Below, in pieces: positions 34,721-48,035 of a stretch of DNA of 64,000 bases. The position numbers were made by a program, and so were the translations under genes. Origin of the DNA: Raja brachyura (lineage: Eukaryota); NCBI GenBank assembly GCA_963514005.1, contig OY740797.1, forward strand, positions 18,786,001-18,850,000. Reading direction: 5' to 3'. The notes below the pieces were generated by a model. That model saw only the letters and a program-made list of their open reading frames with translations. It ran no database searches and was not told where the DNA came from. Within the stretch, counting starts at the first letter, position 1. Each line of letters begins with the position of its first letter.

Positions 34721-35904
34721 AATATATTTTAGGAAGGAAACTATAGTTGTGCTTGTGCATAGGAGAATACTTACAAAACCACAGTGTCGCATACAATCAA
34801 CACAATTTACCTTTAATGCTCATATAGAACCACTCCTAAATATAATTCACATATGGATGTACTGTTAAATAGAACTTATATACATGGTCATGTCATCTCA
34901 TATACATGTACTCACATTTAAACTTCATATATATTGCACATCAGATATGCAAGACACAAATATACGCTGTTAAGAGATTTAGGAGCAAATCTTGTCCATG
35001 GTGGTAGCAGTTACCACATTACACAGTTACACAGAATGTAATTACCTACAAAGGTCTTTACAAATATGGCTTACATGATTTATATGTGGCTTTACAAGTA
35101 GCCACATATAAATCAACTTACTGCAATGGACATTAATAAATGTCCACAGAATCAGCTGCACACACCACATACAACATCTACACCGACATTATTGATGATC
35201 ATGCAGATATAATGCTAAATGTGTACCATAATCATACAATAATTCTCACTCAATATAACTCAGTTGTTTGTCATTAATTAAAATTTTAAAATGGTGTTAC
35301 AAATCGACTGTAGATGTTCTTCGCTTTTCCAGAGGTTCCATCTTTGCTTTTCCTTTTAGGACCAAAACAATAGCAGTCTCACTGTAAACTAGAACTTTAT
35401 TATTTATCTCCTTGTACATTCCCAATAACCAACAAGGGTAGCTCAGTGAGGTAGGAAAGAATATCTTGCCCTCTTTCCTTAATTAATATTAATCCTCCAT
35501 TATCTTATTTTTATTATCATTGGTGTTGGGATCCTTCCACTAAAAATTAATCTTAAAGGGAATTAAATTAATCCCATTGTGTTCTAATCTCACAACCCCA
35601 CTCATCATGCAAAATAGCACAGGGTAAGTGGAACTATCAATGATGGAGTTTCAGGATCTTGGATAGATTACAGCAGTTCCTAATGTTCCTCCTATCTTTC
35701 CCTACAGTCTGCAAAACAGTTCAGTAGATAATCAGTCACATCTACAAGACGTGAATCTTTATGATAAAGGAAATAGTTGCCAGTTTTAACAGACAGGAAA
35801 GCAAATCATGTTTTCATACAATTTCACAAACTTACATGTACCTGCATGCACTCACAACTGATCCAAAATATGTAATTAACAATTTATTTGGAAGAAGTCT
35901 GCTA

Positions 35905-35910
35905 AATAAA
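35905..35910 (+). terminator. Probable CNGB1 polyadenylation signal AATAAA (alternatives at 35135 and 36120)
   Basis: AATAAA followed by GT-rich and T-rich downstream sequence, ~1.5 kb after the stop. Confidence 0.45.
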
Positions 35911-36984
35911 CCTGTTGTGTTTGGAATGCTCCCATTGTTCTTCGTCTAGTTCATCATTTTTTTTTACAGTTAATGCTTTATGATGAAAGTGAAAGATTTG
36001 TTGAGTGGGCAGTTGCTGTTCTTTAAGAATATTCCTGCATTATAACACAGCTACTATTGAACTGACTGTAGTTACATAACGCTCTGTAGATTCAAGAAAC
36101 AAAGTTAACACCAATGAACAATAAATGGAATTTGAGATAAATGGCTAAATGAAAACATTGCCTCCACCTTTTTATTTTAAGGGCAAAGGAAGTTCTTGTG
36201 CAAGTTTTATCATTCTTCATAGTACCATATGGGAACTGTGCAATTTACAATACCATTATATGAGCTAAAATCAAGAAGAATTTTGATAATTAGTGTCGGA
36301 AATTTGCCATTTTTTAAAAAAGCTGCCTTATTTCAATGTTGTTGGTTGTGAATCAGAGATGATACTGCTCAGAAAATTGGAGTTAGACCACAGTTCTTAC
36401 ATCCTGTCATCATGTTCAGTATTGGACATATACCTAGAAGAAAAGCATCCGCTAGTTCACAGGAATAAGCAAAGACAAAATCCATCATTCCTTTGAAAGC
36501 TGGCCAGCTGAGGCATACAGAAAACGGAGAAAAATCTTCAGGTCTTATTCCAGGAAATGGAAGGGCTCCTGCAGAACCCTTACTTATCTCTCAATAACTA
36601 CAATGGCGCAGAACGAGAGGAAGATATTTACCAGCACTTCCCCTTTCCTCTCGTGTCCACTGGACACTAATATGACAATATTTGAGACTCCACGAGATAA
36701 TGCACACATTGTTTTTATAGAATGGGCAGTAAAAGTTTCCAAACTAAGTCTGATTCAGGTTCTAACCCCTGCTTCACTTCAAATAACTGATAATCTTCCT
36801 GGCAAGCCTCACAACTGCTATTTTGCATGTAGCAAAAACACGAGATATTACTTGAAGCCTATATTGATGTTAGAATACTACTGAATTTGGGAAATTTGAG
36901 GGGTTATGTGTTGGTTATACTAAATGGCAACAACGTCAGGCTCGAAGAGTGTGTTCTGACTGATGTTATTTTTAGTACTATTTT

Positions 36985-37118
36985 TCCTCATCTCAGTCCT
37001 AAATGGCCGGCCCCTTATTCTTAAACTGTGACCGCTGGTTCTGGACACGCCCAACATCGGGAACATTTTTCCTGCATCTACGCTGTCCAATCCTTTAAGG
37101 ATTGTATATGTTTCTATA
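36985..37118 (-). mobile_element. CR1 fragment
   Basis: Reverse complement of the ILKGLD..MFPMLG.SRTSGHSL segment seen at 26.3 kb. Confidence 0.8.
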
Positions 37119-37439
37119 TTAATTCTATTTGTTTCTACTTCGGTTCATAAATCGTGACATCTTGATTTACTTCTCGTGATAGATTGAAATTACTTATTTG
37201 CTAGGCCACAGGTCTATCCTGTGCCTTTCTAATTGTTAAACAATCCTCCGTTGCCTTATTTTCGTTGTTACTGTCGCTTTTTCCCCTTCGTTCACATTTC
37301 ACCCTTATACTTGCTTTCTGTCCTTTACCATTGTATTTCCCTCGTCCTCGTGATTTCTCCCTGCATTTACCCAATGCTCTTGTGTCTGCCTATCGTCCGA
37401 GTTTTACCCTTGCATTTACTCTTCCATTCCCAAATTTGT

Positions 37440-37830
37440 CCTGGCTTTAATTTCTAATCCATGAAACTTTTTCCTCTTGTTCTCAAAGCCCTGCTCCCAC
37501 CCCCTGGACGCCGGTTGGTCGGTGCCCTGCGAGCTGCTGAATGTGAATGGTGGAGGGCGGCTGTCAATCGGCGGGTTGGTCGGGTCTGTACGGGGAGGGT
37601 ATGGGAGCGCTGCAGTGGGTGGACGGGCTGTGGCTGTGATCTCGGTAAGTAAGAGCTTATGCCGAGACTGGAGGTAGAGAGGCTTGGAAAATATTGGTGG
37701 GAGGATTATTGCACTTTCTCCCGTCTCTCCCACCGGGCCCTGCCCCGTGCCTCCCATAGTAAACGCGGGGATGCCTTCACAGGCTGAGTGTCGGCGTTGG
37801 AAACATGAGACCGCCGTGTGGTTCTTTAAG
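37440..37830 (+). promoter_or_regulatory. CpG/GC-rich putative KIFC3 promoter and first exon (donor CTCG|gtaagt at 37645)
   Basis: Non-repeat CpG-dense patch in otherwise CpG-poor DNA, a consensus donor, and a position between the CNGB1 3' end and the KIFC3 exons. Confidence 0.55.
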
Positions 37831-38749
37831 ATGTAGCGTGCGAAGGAGCCGGGAGAAATTTTATTTGTGTGTTCAGTAGCCCTGCAGTGGTATCCAGGTG
37901 CCAAAATGACAAAGCGCCAGCCAGTAAAACCGGCGAGAACATTGTTGCGAGAAGGCGAAATCGGTTCCACCTCGGCTGGGGTTTTGAAAGTCTAGCATTC
38001 CACACGTATTTATTGTCGGAGGGTGTGTGCGGATGTGTCACTGTCCCATTTCAACATTCCGTCTACCTAACTTGAAATATTTTTTGTCGGGATCGTAGGG
38101 AAAGTGGGGAGAAGACTCGTCTGCACAATTACAAGACAAGGCTATAGTGAGCCTGTGGGAGACTGCGGCATTATATTTAAAATACATGCCGCCATATCCA
38201 TGGGAAACCTATTTGCAAATTTATTTCCACCTGGCATTCCATCTCTGGTGCTGAGTGGCGGTATTTGTTCTGTTTCTTGTGTTTAAGGTGTGCGACAGCT
38301 GCTTGCTTAGCCTATCCCCAGACTACATGCGTGCCTTTTTGTTACACTTCAATGTTGCAGTTCAGCTGTTTCCCTGACAACATCATCTCTGGTGTCAATC
38401 TACACACCTGTATAATACCAGTGCACTCACGCCCGATGTGACCCCTTCAAAAAGTAAGAAGCCTGTGGGTAGGTTGACACTGGAGTGCTGGGTTTCCGGG
38501 TCAGTTGTAATCATTGATGCTTGGAGATCCCATTTTTCTTTGTGATAAACTGCTGCAGAAAAAGGAGTAGAGAGAGGAAAGTGTATTTCTGGTTTGGAGT
38601 CTGTTGGAATGGGAGTGGCCTCTACCACTGGTGGTCTTGTTTGTCTGGGTCATTGTGTCTGACTGTGTGTGGGAGAGATGCTCTCCTGTGCTGAAGCAGA
38701 AAGTCCTTTGTGTCTGCAAACGAGCCGTTCAGCAGCAGTTACTATCAGA

Positions 38750-40860
38750 TTGTCATAGAGCCCCGCAGCGCAGAACCAGGCCCTTTGGCCCAACCTGTCA
38801 ATGTCAAATATGCCGTCTAAGCTAGTCCCATTTTCCTGTGTTTGGCCAATACCGCTCAACTTTTCCTATTCGTGTACCTGTCCAAATGTCTTTTAAATGT
38901 CATTATTGTACCTGCCTCAATGATTTTCTCTAGCAGCTCATTTCATATATATCCACCACCCTCTGTGTGGAAAAAGTTGCCCCTTACGTTCTATATATGT
39001 CCTCTCACCTGAAATCTATGCCCTCTAGTTCTTGATTCCTTTACCCTGTGAGAAAAGACTGTATTCACCCAATCTATTTTTTAACTGATTTTATAGCTTA
39101 GCCCCTCGAGTCCTGGCCACATCTTTGTAAATCATTTCTGCGCACTTTTTCTTTAAAAGGTGACCAAAACTGAACACAATGGTCCATGTGTGGGCTTGCC
39201 ATCATCCTGTACAGCTGTAACATAACATCCCAACATCTAAATATTGAATTTTCGAATTTTATATATATCTAACCTATGAACGCCCCCTTCTCTCCCCCCC
39301 TCTCATCCCCTGCCCACCTCCTCTCTTCCCTGTGCCTCAGCTGGATATGCACCCATTTCTCCTTTCACCTCTGCTCTACAACACTCCCCAGGGGCCTATG
39401 GTTCACTGATTTGACTTCCCAAAATTCACGCCTCACATTTATCCGTTAGAGTCTATTTTTCCATTCCTTGGCCCTCTTACCCAGCTGATCAATATCTTGC
39501 TGTAATTTTTAATAACCACCTTCGCTGTCCACATTACCACATATTTTTGTGTCATTTGCACACTTACTAATCATGCCTTACTTACTAAAAACGTACTAAT
39601 TTGTGCACGCCAGGTTGCACGTGAAGGTTGCAATCTCCCACCCCTTGATAAAGTTGACGAACAGCAATGGGACAGGCACCAATCCCTGAGGCACACCACT
39701 AGTCACAGGCCTACAACAACCTTCTACCGCCACATTCCTGCTTCCTACCATGAAGCCAATGATGTATCAAATGGCTAGTTCTCCCTGGCTTTCAAGCAAT
39801 CTAACTTTCCACAGCAGCCTACAATGTGGAACCTTTTCAAAGATCGTGAAGTCCATCTATACCACTGCCTTCATCAAGTTTCTTGGTTACTTCAAAAAAC
39901 TCAATTACATTTGTGAGACACAACCTCCCATGCACAGAACCATGCTGACTATCCTTAATCAACTCCTGTCTTCATGAACTTGTATCTTATCCCTCAGAAT
40001 TTTCTCTAGTAACTTTCCTACCACAACGTTAGTCATACTCATCTTTAGATTGCAGGATTTTCTTTGCAATCCTTAAATAGAGGCACAACGAACATCAGCC
40101 ACCTTCTAGTCATCCGGCACCTCACTGTGTCTAACAATGATTCGTATATATCAGCCAGGGCTTCTGCACTTTTTCTTGTCGCTTCCCACGGTATTCTTGG
40201 AAATATCTGATCAGGCCTAGGAGATTTATCCATCCTCAAGACGTCTAGCAGCTCCCCGACTAACATGGGATATCCTTGACATCTCCATTAACTTTCCCAA
40301 GTTCCTTAGTCTACATATCATTCTCCGAGGTAAAAACAGAGGAGAAATAGTCACTGAGTACCTTACCAATCTCCTGTGGCTCCAGAGTAGATGACCGCTT
40401 TGTTTTTTGAGGGGCCCTATTTTCTCTATAGATACCCTTTTTCACTCAGTGCACATGAAATCTCTTTGGATTCTCCTTAATCTTATCTGCCAGTGCTATC
40501 TCATGACACCTTTTTATCCACCTGTTTTCCTACTTAAATATGCTCTTCATTCCCTTATACTCCTCCAGGGATGCCATTGACCCCAGCTGCCTATATCTGA
40601 CCCAAATCTTTTTCCCGTCCAGTGCTTTAATTTATCTTGCCATCCAGGGTTCCTTACTCCTACCTGCCTTGCTCTTCATCTAACAGGAACATGCATACCC
40701 CAAACTCTTACTATCTCACTTTTGAAGACATCTGACTTTCCAGACCTCAATTTTCCCGCAAACAATCTACTCAAATCAACATTTGTGAGTTCCCAATGTC
40801 TCCTAAGTTGGCCATGCCTCAATTTAGAACTTTAACTTGTGGACCAGCCCTGTCCCCTTT
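38750..40860 (-). mobile_element. CR1 LINE, decayed ORF2 with deletions
   Basis: DKSPRPDQIFPR..ALADIYESLL..VVPLFK RT-upstream motif, gtcacaggc/caatccctgaggcacacc (SGVPQG) motif, and 3' tail near 38750. Confidence 0.85.
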
Positions 40861-41089
40861 TTATGTCTCATTTCCATCCATAATAGTTTCGCTGAACAAA
40901 CCATCAGTAAGGTCACCTAAAATTACTACTGTGATGTACTCCTTAATCTATAAAACAACTTCCCTTCCTCTTTTACTCGCACCTGAATATCTCACCCGTA
41001 GCCTGGAACATTAAGATGACAATTTTGTCCCTCCCTTATTGATCAACTACTCATTTGTACTAATCCTACATTGATCCGATTTTTTATTC

Positions 41090-41325
41090 TTTCCACATTC
41101 TCATAAATTCACCCCGGATTCTACCATAGACCTACACACCAGGGAAATTTACAGTTAACCTCTCAACCCACAAATCTGCGATTATGGGAGGGAAACTGGA
41201 GCAGCAGGAGGAAAACCACATGTTCATGGGGAATCTGTAAACGGCATGCAGACAGCACTAGAGGTCAGGATGGAACCAAGGTTTATAGCACTGCAAGGCA
41301 GTGGCTCTACTAGTTGATCCACATG
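41090..41325 (-). mobile_element. V-SINE (HE1-like), old
   Basis: gggagggaaactggagc..gaaaaccca V-domain and ggatggaacc B-box remnant. Confidence 0.65.
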
Positions 41326-41671
41326 GTGCACTAGGTCAAAGGCTCTTATAGAGGATGTCTCATAGAGGATGGATTCAACCCAATGTCGCGCTGGTTGTCC
41401 TAAGTTCCTGTTCATTCCTCCTTGGCTGTTGTTCATCATTCTTCCTCTCTACATTTCACTCTGAGATTTATCGCAGTCCTTTTTTCAGGGGCTTCAGGTG
41501 AGGCTTCCTTCACCCTGTGTGCACATGGTTCACAGGACCACTGATCTCCAAGCACACCAGTGAGTGGTAACATTTCACCTTCTCACCGCAGGTCTGACCT
41601 GCTCTGTGTCATTCCTGGAGCCTGTACAGGGAATGTTCGGATAGTCTGCGGAGTAAGTTGGGATTCCTTCA

Positions 41672-42465
41672 CTTTCAGATTCACATTTATTGTCATGTGC
41701 ACCATTAGGTACAGTGATATTTGAGTTGCCAGCAGCCATACAATTAAAAGAACACAACACAATTAAAAGAACGAGAGAATTTAACATAAACATCCACCAC
41801 AGTGATCACTGTGATGAAAGGCAATAAGGTTCAGTCAGTCTTCCTCCTTTTGTTCACCCGTGTTTGGGGCCTTGACCCTCCGCAGTCGCCGCTATGGATG
41901 GCCCGATGTACAGGCCCTTTCGTCGGGATGATCGAAACTCCGACGTCGGGACGGATGGAACACACTCCGCGGCTTAGATTGCACGAATAGGCCACTTTCT
42001 TACCGGAGACTGCGGCTTTTCGATGTTATAGGCCAGCGGTCGGAGCTCTTCTCTGGTGATCCCCGGCAAGGGATCCCTGGCTCCGGGATGGTAAAGTCCG
42101 CTCCACGCCTGCTGCTAGAAGCTCCGCAGACCGCGACTTCACGATGTTAAAGTCAGCAGGCCGGCGGTCGGAGCCTTTCTTCTGGCTCCGCGATGGAAGT
42201 CCCGCCGCGCCTGCTGCTGAAGCTCTGGGCCATCTCCAGGAAAGGCCGCACCAATCCAAGTTGTTAGGCCGCGAGGGAGGGCGAGGAGAAAAGTTGCATC
42301 TCCGCCGGGGTAGGTGACTGGAAACGGTTTCCCCCTATTTCCTCCCACCCCCACATAAAAATACACCGAGAGACATTAACACATGCATTTAGACATACTA
42401 AAAAAACAGAATTAGTCAAAATGACAGACCCACTGCTGGTGAGGCTACCGCTCGCGGCACCACCC
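41672..42465 (-). mobile_element. Second copy of the GC-rich non-autonomous retroposon (Rex1-like tail)
   Basis: Shares both ends with 5061-5746 (ttaacataaacatccaccacag..; ccccacataa..acagac..tggtgaggc). The internal repeat region differs. Confidence 0.65.
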
Positions 42466-43599
42466 GATGACGCAATTCACCCGATGATGTAACTGCCTTC
42501 CCAAACCAAAATAACTGTGGATTGAACCAAGTACCCCATAATGTGCAATATTGGTCCAAGTTCGGTAGAGGGAAAGAATCTTGGTAGTTGTAGAAAATGA
42601 AATTTCAATTACAGTCAACATTTTATAGTCCAGATTTGTTTATTTGTGAAATCTGATTTCCTCCTGGGTAGATAATCCTATACACTCGAGCAACTTTCAG
42701 CGTGTAATGCCATTTGCTAGATATTCCTAAACCTTCGACTTTTCTTCCTGCCGACCAGCCATCCTCATACAAATGTGATGACCCCATTTCCTCGACCCTT
42801 CCTTCAATGTAATGCTGCAATGGGTGAGGTACGCTGAGAGTGATTGTGCTGTCAGGATGATCCCAGCGTCACCTGGTGTGGCATTCGTGGGAGAGCTGGA
42901 GGTGAATGCGGTGCATATTCACATATTCTGTTGTGCTGCAGCAAGAAACAATTTCATTGTCCCATCCGGGACATATGACATTAAATCACTCCTGACTCTT
43001 GTCTTGACTCTTGATCTGCAGCAGCATTGTTGTGGTTACGTGACTGACAGAGTCTGCGATCAGGCTGGGCAGCAGCAGCCTGCTACCTGACTGAAGAAAT
43101 GTGGGGGCAGACACCACAGCTGTGTCTGGATGGACTGCGTTGCTGCTGCTTAAGAACTGGGTGAGGCGGAACAAGAGTAGACGTTTCTGCTGTGTACCCA
43201 GGGTCCTAGTTGACAACCTCTGCTGTCAGTTACTAAATCTGCTCCAGACACCCCTTGCTGTGTGTGCTGGCAATTGCAGGCTGCCTGGTGAAGTTTAGTG
43301 GCTGGTATCAATCACATGAATTGTATTGTCCAGAATCCAAATGTACAGACAATGAGAATTTCTGATAATAACCAGCCTGCACATTTACCTGTTCTTGCTT
43401 TTCTCCTGCCTTTCTCCATTTACTTCCCGTTAGGTTATTTTAATGTAAAATGGCTGAGAAGCATCTGTTACAGAATGGAGGTGCCCTGCACACCAGCTGA
43501 CACTAATCCAGTGTCAGATTATCTAAATGAGCTAATGATTAAGGCTGCTGGTACATGCAGTGAAAGAGGAAGAACAAGATAATGAAGGCATAAATTCTA

Positions 43600-44350
43600 T
43601 GCTTGAGTTTTGCTTCAAACAGTTGGAAGGTGAAGGGATGTGTTCTGCCTCATAGTGTGGAGGTAAGGGAGGCTTCTCTGCAGTTTGGATGCAGATACCC
43701 GGTCACTTAATTGTAACCAACGCTAAGCACAGAGAGCACGCCCATTGTCAATGTTTGTTCTTCCTTTGTGCATGTTGTGAAGGTGAGATTCTTTGGAAAA
43801 TATGTTTTAATTGTAAGGAAGTCCCTTTGCCCTGGAATCAAGTGGCTTCAAACTTGTGTTCTGAACTTTTTCTCACATCTGGGAATCCAGTTGATCAAAG
43901 AGTTGATCAAGTTTGTTTTTACAGATTGGGTTTCATAGTGGTGGGGTGAAAAAGCTGCCTTTATTGTCTGGATATTTGGAGCTGAGAGTGGATGGGTTAG
44001 ATTATCAGGGGTGGGTATTAGTGGCTGGATTGGCAGGGGTTAGATGCTAGGCAATGGTAGATGTGGTTGGAGTTGTGTGAGGCTGCTCCTCAAGGTACAG
44101 AAACGTGAGACTGCCCTGGGAGTCCCCCGGGTTTATGAAGGGCTTTTGCCAATGGGTTAATAATTCACCGTGCTGAGGTATTAGCAGCTGGGAGGTACAG
44201 TTATTGGTTCAAGATGAAAAGTATACAGGCTTGGCTTGGTGACTACTTGCTTGGTTAGTCAGTCATGCCTGGGTTCACCACAGAGACTGTTAAGGGTGGT
44301 TGTGATGTTGGGCACTTTCACTGAGGCTCGAGGCTGTCCAATCGGCTGCC
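43600..44350 (-). mobile_element. Possible ancient Penelope-type RT remnant
   Basis: Only scattered motif remnants (DNKG, TNIDNG, QGKGT) on the reverse strand. Confidence 0.3.
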
Positions 44351-44739
44351 TCAGCAGATAATGAAGGAAGTGTCTGTTTCCTTTCTATCATTTCCATTGT
44401 GCAGCTAGCATGAATGGTGAAAGAGGATATGGAAAGCACTGCGCTCTGTTGCTTATATTGAAGCCTGCCATAAATTTCATGGAATCATAGAATTATACAG
44501 CATGAAACTGGCCATGTGGGTCAACTCATCCACACTGACCAGTGGGCTCCCTTCCATATTAATCCCATTGTCCAGCAATCGGTCTTTCAGTTGCTAAGCA
44601 TTTGTTTTTGTGTGATTTTATTTAATTTAATCTGAACTTTCAAGAAAAATATTGGTTCCTGAACCGAGGGGTTTGATCAGCAATGTTGATCAACCTGTCA
44701 TTGGAAGCAACACTTGCAGTAAAGGCATCCAAACTATTT

Positions 44740-45030
44740 GCTGTACCTTTGTGTATCATACCCTTGGATGCCCAGCTCCCTTTTACCACAGTATTTTGTA
44801 ATCTCATTCCATTGCAGTAATTTTATTTGTCTTGCTTCAAAACTGGATAACCTCACATTTTCTCACAGTATACTAGGTATGTTAAATTCTCACCCACTCA
44901 CCTAATCTATATCCATTTTACAGTCTCCCTCTGCACCCCTCGCAATTGCTAACCCACCAAACTTTGAATCATCAGAAAATTTGGCTGCAGTCAACTGTAT
45001 CCATTCATCCATGTCAGTAATATAGATTAT
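44740..45030 (-). mobile_element. CR1 RT fragment
   Basis: LFIIYITDMDE..AKFSDDSKFGG (FADD motif remnant). Confidence 0.7.
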
Positions 45031-46684
45031 GAATAAGTATCCATCCCACCACCTCACCTGATATGGGAGTAACCCCCCTATTTTCACAAAAAAAAACTGC
45101 CTACCATCCCCTTTCCCCCTGTAAACAGCATGTGCCCCCGGTATCTTTCTCTCAGAGCCCAGGTGAGTGTACCTAGAATATTGTGTGTAGGTTTAGTCTC
45201 CCTCCTGGCCAGGGAAAGGGTGCAGCAAAGGCTCACTGGATTATATCCTGAAACAAGATAATTTACTTAGAGGTGAGGTTAAGCAATTGTGTTGACACTG
45301 TCTTAAATCTGGTGGAATATGAAGGGATTTTGTTAAATTGCATGAAATTCTTTTGGGATTTTGTGGTGTGGATGTGGAGTTGGTGTTTCACCTGGCTGGG
45401 AAGTACAGAACAGTCTGACAAAGGGGCAGCCATTCGCACAGCAATGAGGTGAAACTTCTTCTCCCACTCGGATGCTAATGAGCTGTAGAATCCTGTACAC
45501 ATGAGGCCTGTGTATCCATTGACCTCTGGATATTCTGACTTTCCCTGCTACCGCAAACCCAACGTCAAGACTGACACTGGGGTGGTACTTTTATAATGCA
45601 GAATTGTGCCACACCTCTTGGGCTTCATGCCTTGCCTACCAACTGACTGTCGTTGGACGGACGGTGGGCTAATTTTGCAGTGAGTTTTGGATGCATAACG
45701 TAAAAAAGCTGTTGGACATGCATAGAAGAGGTTAAGGTATTGCACAACAAAACGTTAAAAGATTTGTCAAGCGAGGGTGCTGTTGTCTCCTCCACGAGAG
45801 GCGATCTAGTATCTTTGGGATGACCTGAGTATCGACTTACAGGTTAGTAGCTGACACATTCACCTGGAAGGCTGTAGCTTCAAGCTGCATAGCAACAATA
45901 TACACTGACTGCTGCAGGCAGTGGCAAGAAGCCGCCCCCGTTTTCAATGGAAGAGGTAAATCACTTGGAAATTTGCTTCATTCTAATTCCTCCAAGATGC
46001 TTTAAATTCTAGGCCACAGGCACGCAGTTCCACTGATTTCCCAGCCTCACCTTTTTAATCTGCTGAATATAAACCTTTTTTCCTTTTCAATGGGATCAAA
46101 ATCTGCCAAATCATTTTAATTTTGATTTTTCAAACTTTCTGCCCCCTTTTCCCCAATTATTTTCCTTTAAAAGCTAGACTTTTGTTATGCATTCTTAACA
46201 GATTGCATTTTACAATTCCTTGGCTAATATTTAAACCTCGCTTCATGATTCAGTCCATTCTGTTGTTATCTTTTCCTTGGAACCACAACGGTTGACCTTG
46301 ACATGTAAGCAGTTTAATCTTATTTTTTAAGGAAAGTTTTGCTTTTGTATTTTATCCTTTGGTGACCTCTGCCCTCCTGTGGTTTGGCACGCAGTTCATT
46401 GCAATTTGTATTTGGTGCTGCAAACATAAATGAGTGAAAGTTATTTGAAAGGGGGATTTTTTTTTGGGCACTGGAGAGGCTCACAGTCATGTGAACACTG
46501 CCTGAACATTTCTCCACATAGGTGTCAAAATCTACAGCAGAGAGGCACGGCATTTGATGCATTGCCCCCACTTTGGCTAAAATTAAGTTATTGGGCTGAT
46601 CCTAAATCCTGAATCTCTGGATTGTGAAATTTAAGGCAAAACTTCAAATGCTAATTTCAGTACATTTTTCAAAATACTTTGCAA

Positions 46685-46885
46685 AAGGCAATAGACAATA
46701 GGTGCAGGAGTAGGCCATTTGGCCCTTGGAGCCAGCACCGCCATTCAATGTGGTCATGGCTGATCATCCACAATCAGTACCCCGTTCCTGCCTCCCCATA
46801 TCCCCTGACTCCGCTATTTTTAAGAGCCCTATCTAGCTCTCTTGAAAGCATTCAGCGAACCTGCCTCCACCGCCCTCTGAGGCAT
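46685..46885 (-). mobile_element. CR1 3' end
   Basis: Reverse complement of the 26.45-26.65 kb tail. Confidence 0.8.
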
Positions 46886-47317
46886 TTCTACTTCTATTAT
46901 CCTTTCAGCAAGTCTTGGAATAGCTCCACTCTTTGGGTGAGCAGCCGGCATTCCTCCAATGTTCTATCAATTGGCCCTAGTCTTTGGTGACACACATGTA
47001 GCAGTTATTGACTTCTCTGCAAAGGGAAACTGCTCCTTTCTGTTCAACCTGCTTCAGCCCATCATGTGTGCAGGCAGATTAAATCTCCCCTCAATCTCCC
47101 TCCGAACTAATGTTCTCCAGCCCTTGAATGTCCTCGATTCTCTGTATTACCACCACCTTTACGTTGGTTGTGACACTTCATGGGTGTGATGGGGTGGGAA
47201 GGTTCTGGTGATGAGGATGGCTGGTCAATGGAGTAAGGATCTTTCACTGCTTTTATTACCCTGGCAAACCTGAAGATCTGTGTCTCCTCCTCTTGGGAAA
47301 GAAGGATACAACTACTT

Positions 47318-47446
47318 AGTTTGAAGAAGAGTCCTGACCCGAAATTTCACCTATCCATGTTCTCCAGAGATGCTGTCTGATCTGTGGAGTTACTCCAACA
47401 CTTTGTCTCTTTTTTTGTAAACCCGCATCTGCAGTTCCTTGTTTCA
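47318..47446 (+). mobile_element. Penelope terminal-repeat copy with degenerate hammerhead motif
   Basis: ttgaagaagagtcctgacccgaaatttcacc..ccagagatgctg..catctgcagttcc. Confidence 0.7.
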
Positions 47447-47717
47447 ACTCCAGAGCTCATGGCAGCCTGCTCTGCAGTGTGATGAATACAGCAATTTTGG
47501 AGTTTCTGCTCTTATGAATATAGGGCACCTGCCTCAACACACTGCTTATCTGCAAATTATCAGACTGCCTGATCAAGCTTCCATACTGAATGATCAGATG
47601 TTTCCCTAAACACTAGGAAAACTGTAGCCACCGTCTCTGAGCTGATCATTCTTGGGCCATGGAATCCACCCCAATCCCTGGCATGGATATGATACGGAGC
47701 ACAAGGTGCAGCGCCAC

Positions 47718-48035
47718 TTTAGTTTTAGTTTACTTTAGCAATACAGTGTGAAAACGGGCCCAATGACCCACCGAGTCCGTGCCGACAAGCGATCCCTGTA
47801 CATCAGCACTATCCTACGCTAGGGACAATTTACAATCTTTACCGAAGCCAATTAACCTACAAACCTCTACATCTTTGGAGTGTGGGAGGAAACTGGAGCA
47901 CCCGGGGAAAACCCACACAGACACTGGGAGAATGTACTGGGAAATTCTGCACTGACAGCACTCATAGTCAGGATCGAACCCGGGTCTCTGGCGATAAAAT
48001 GCAGCAACTCTACTGCTGCACCGCCATGTCGCCCC
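47718..48035 (-). mobile_element. Full-length tRNA-derived V-SINE (HE1-like)
   Basis: A box (tggcggtgcagcagt), B box ggttcgatcc (47971-47980), V domain tgggttttccccgggtgctccagtttcctcccaca, CR1-like tail and (ctaaa)n. Confidence 0.85.

Noticed and set aside
37416-37970. 184-aa minus-strand ORF
   Set aside because: Low-information translation of the GC-rich promoter region, with no domain or splice support.
47960-48035. tRNA gene
   Set aside because: The A/B boxes are the head of a V-SINE. No cloverleaf acceptor stem, and it continues into SINE body and tail.
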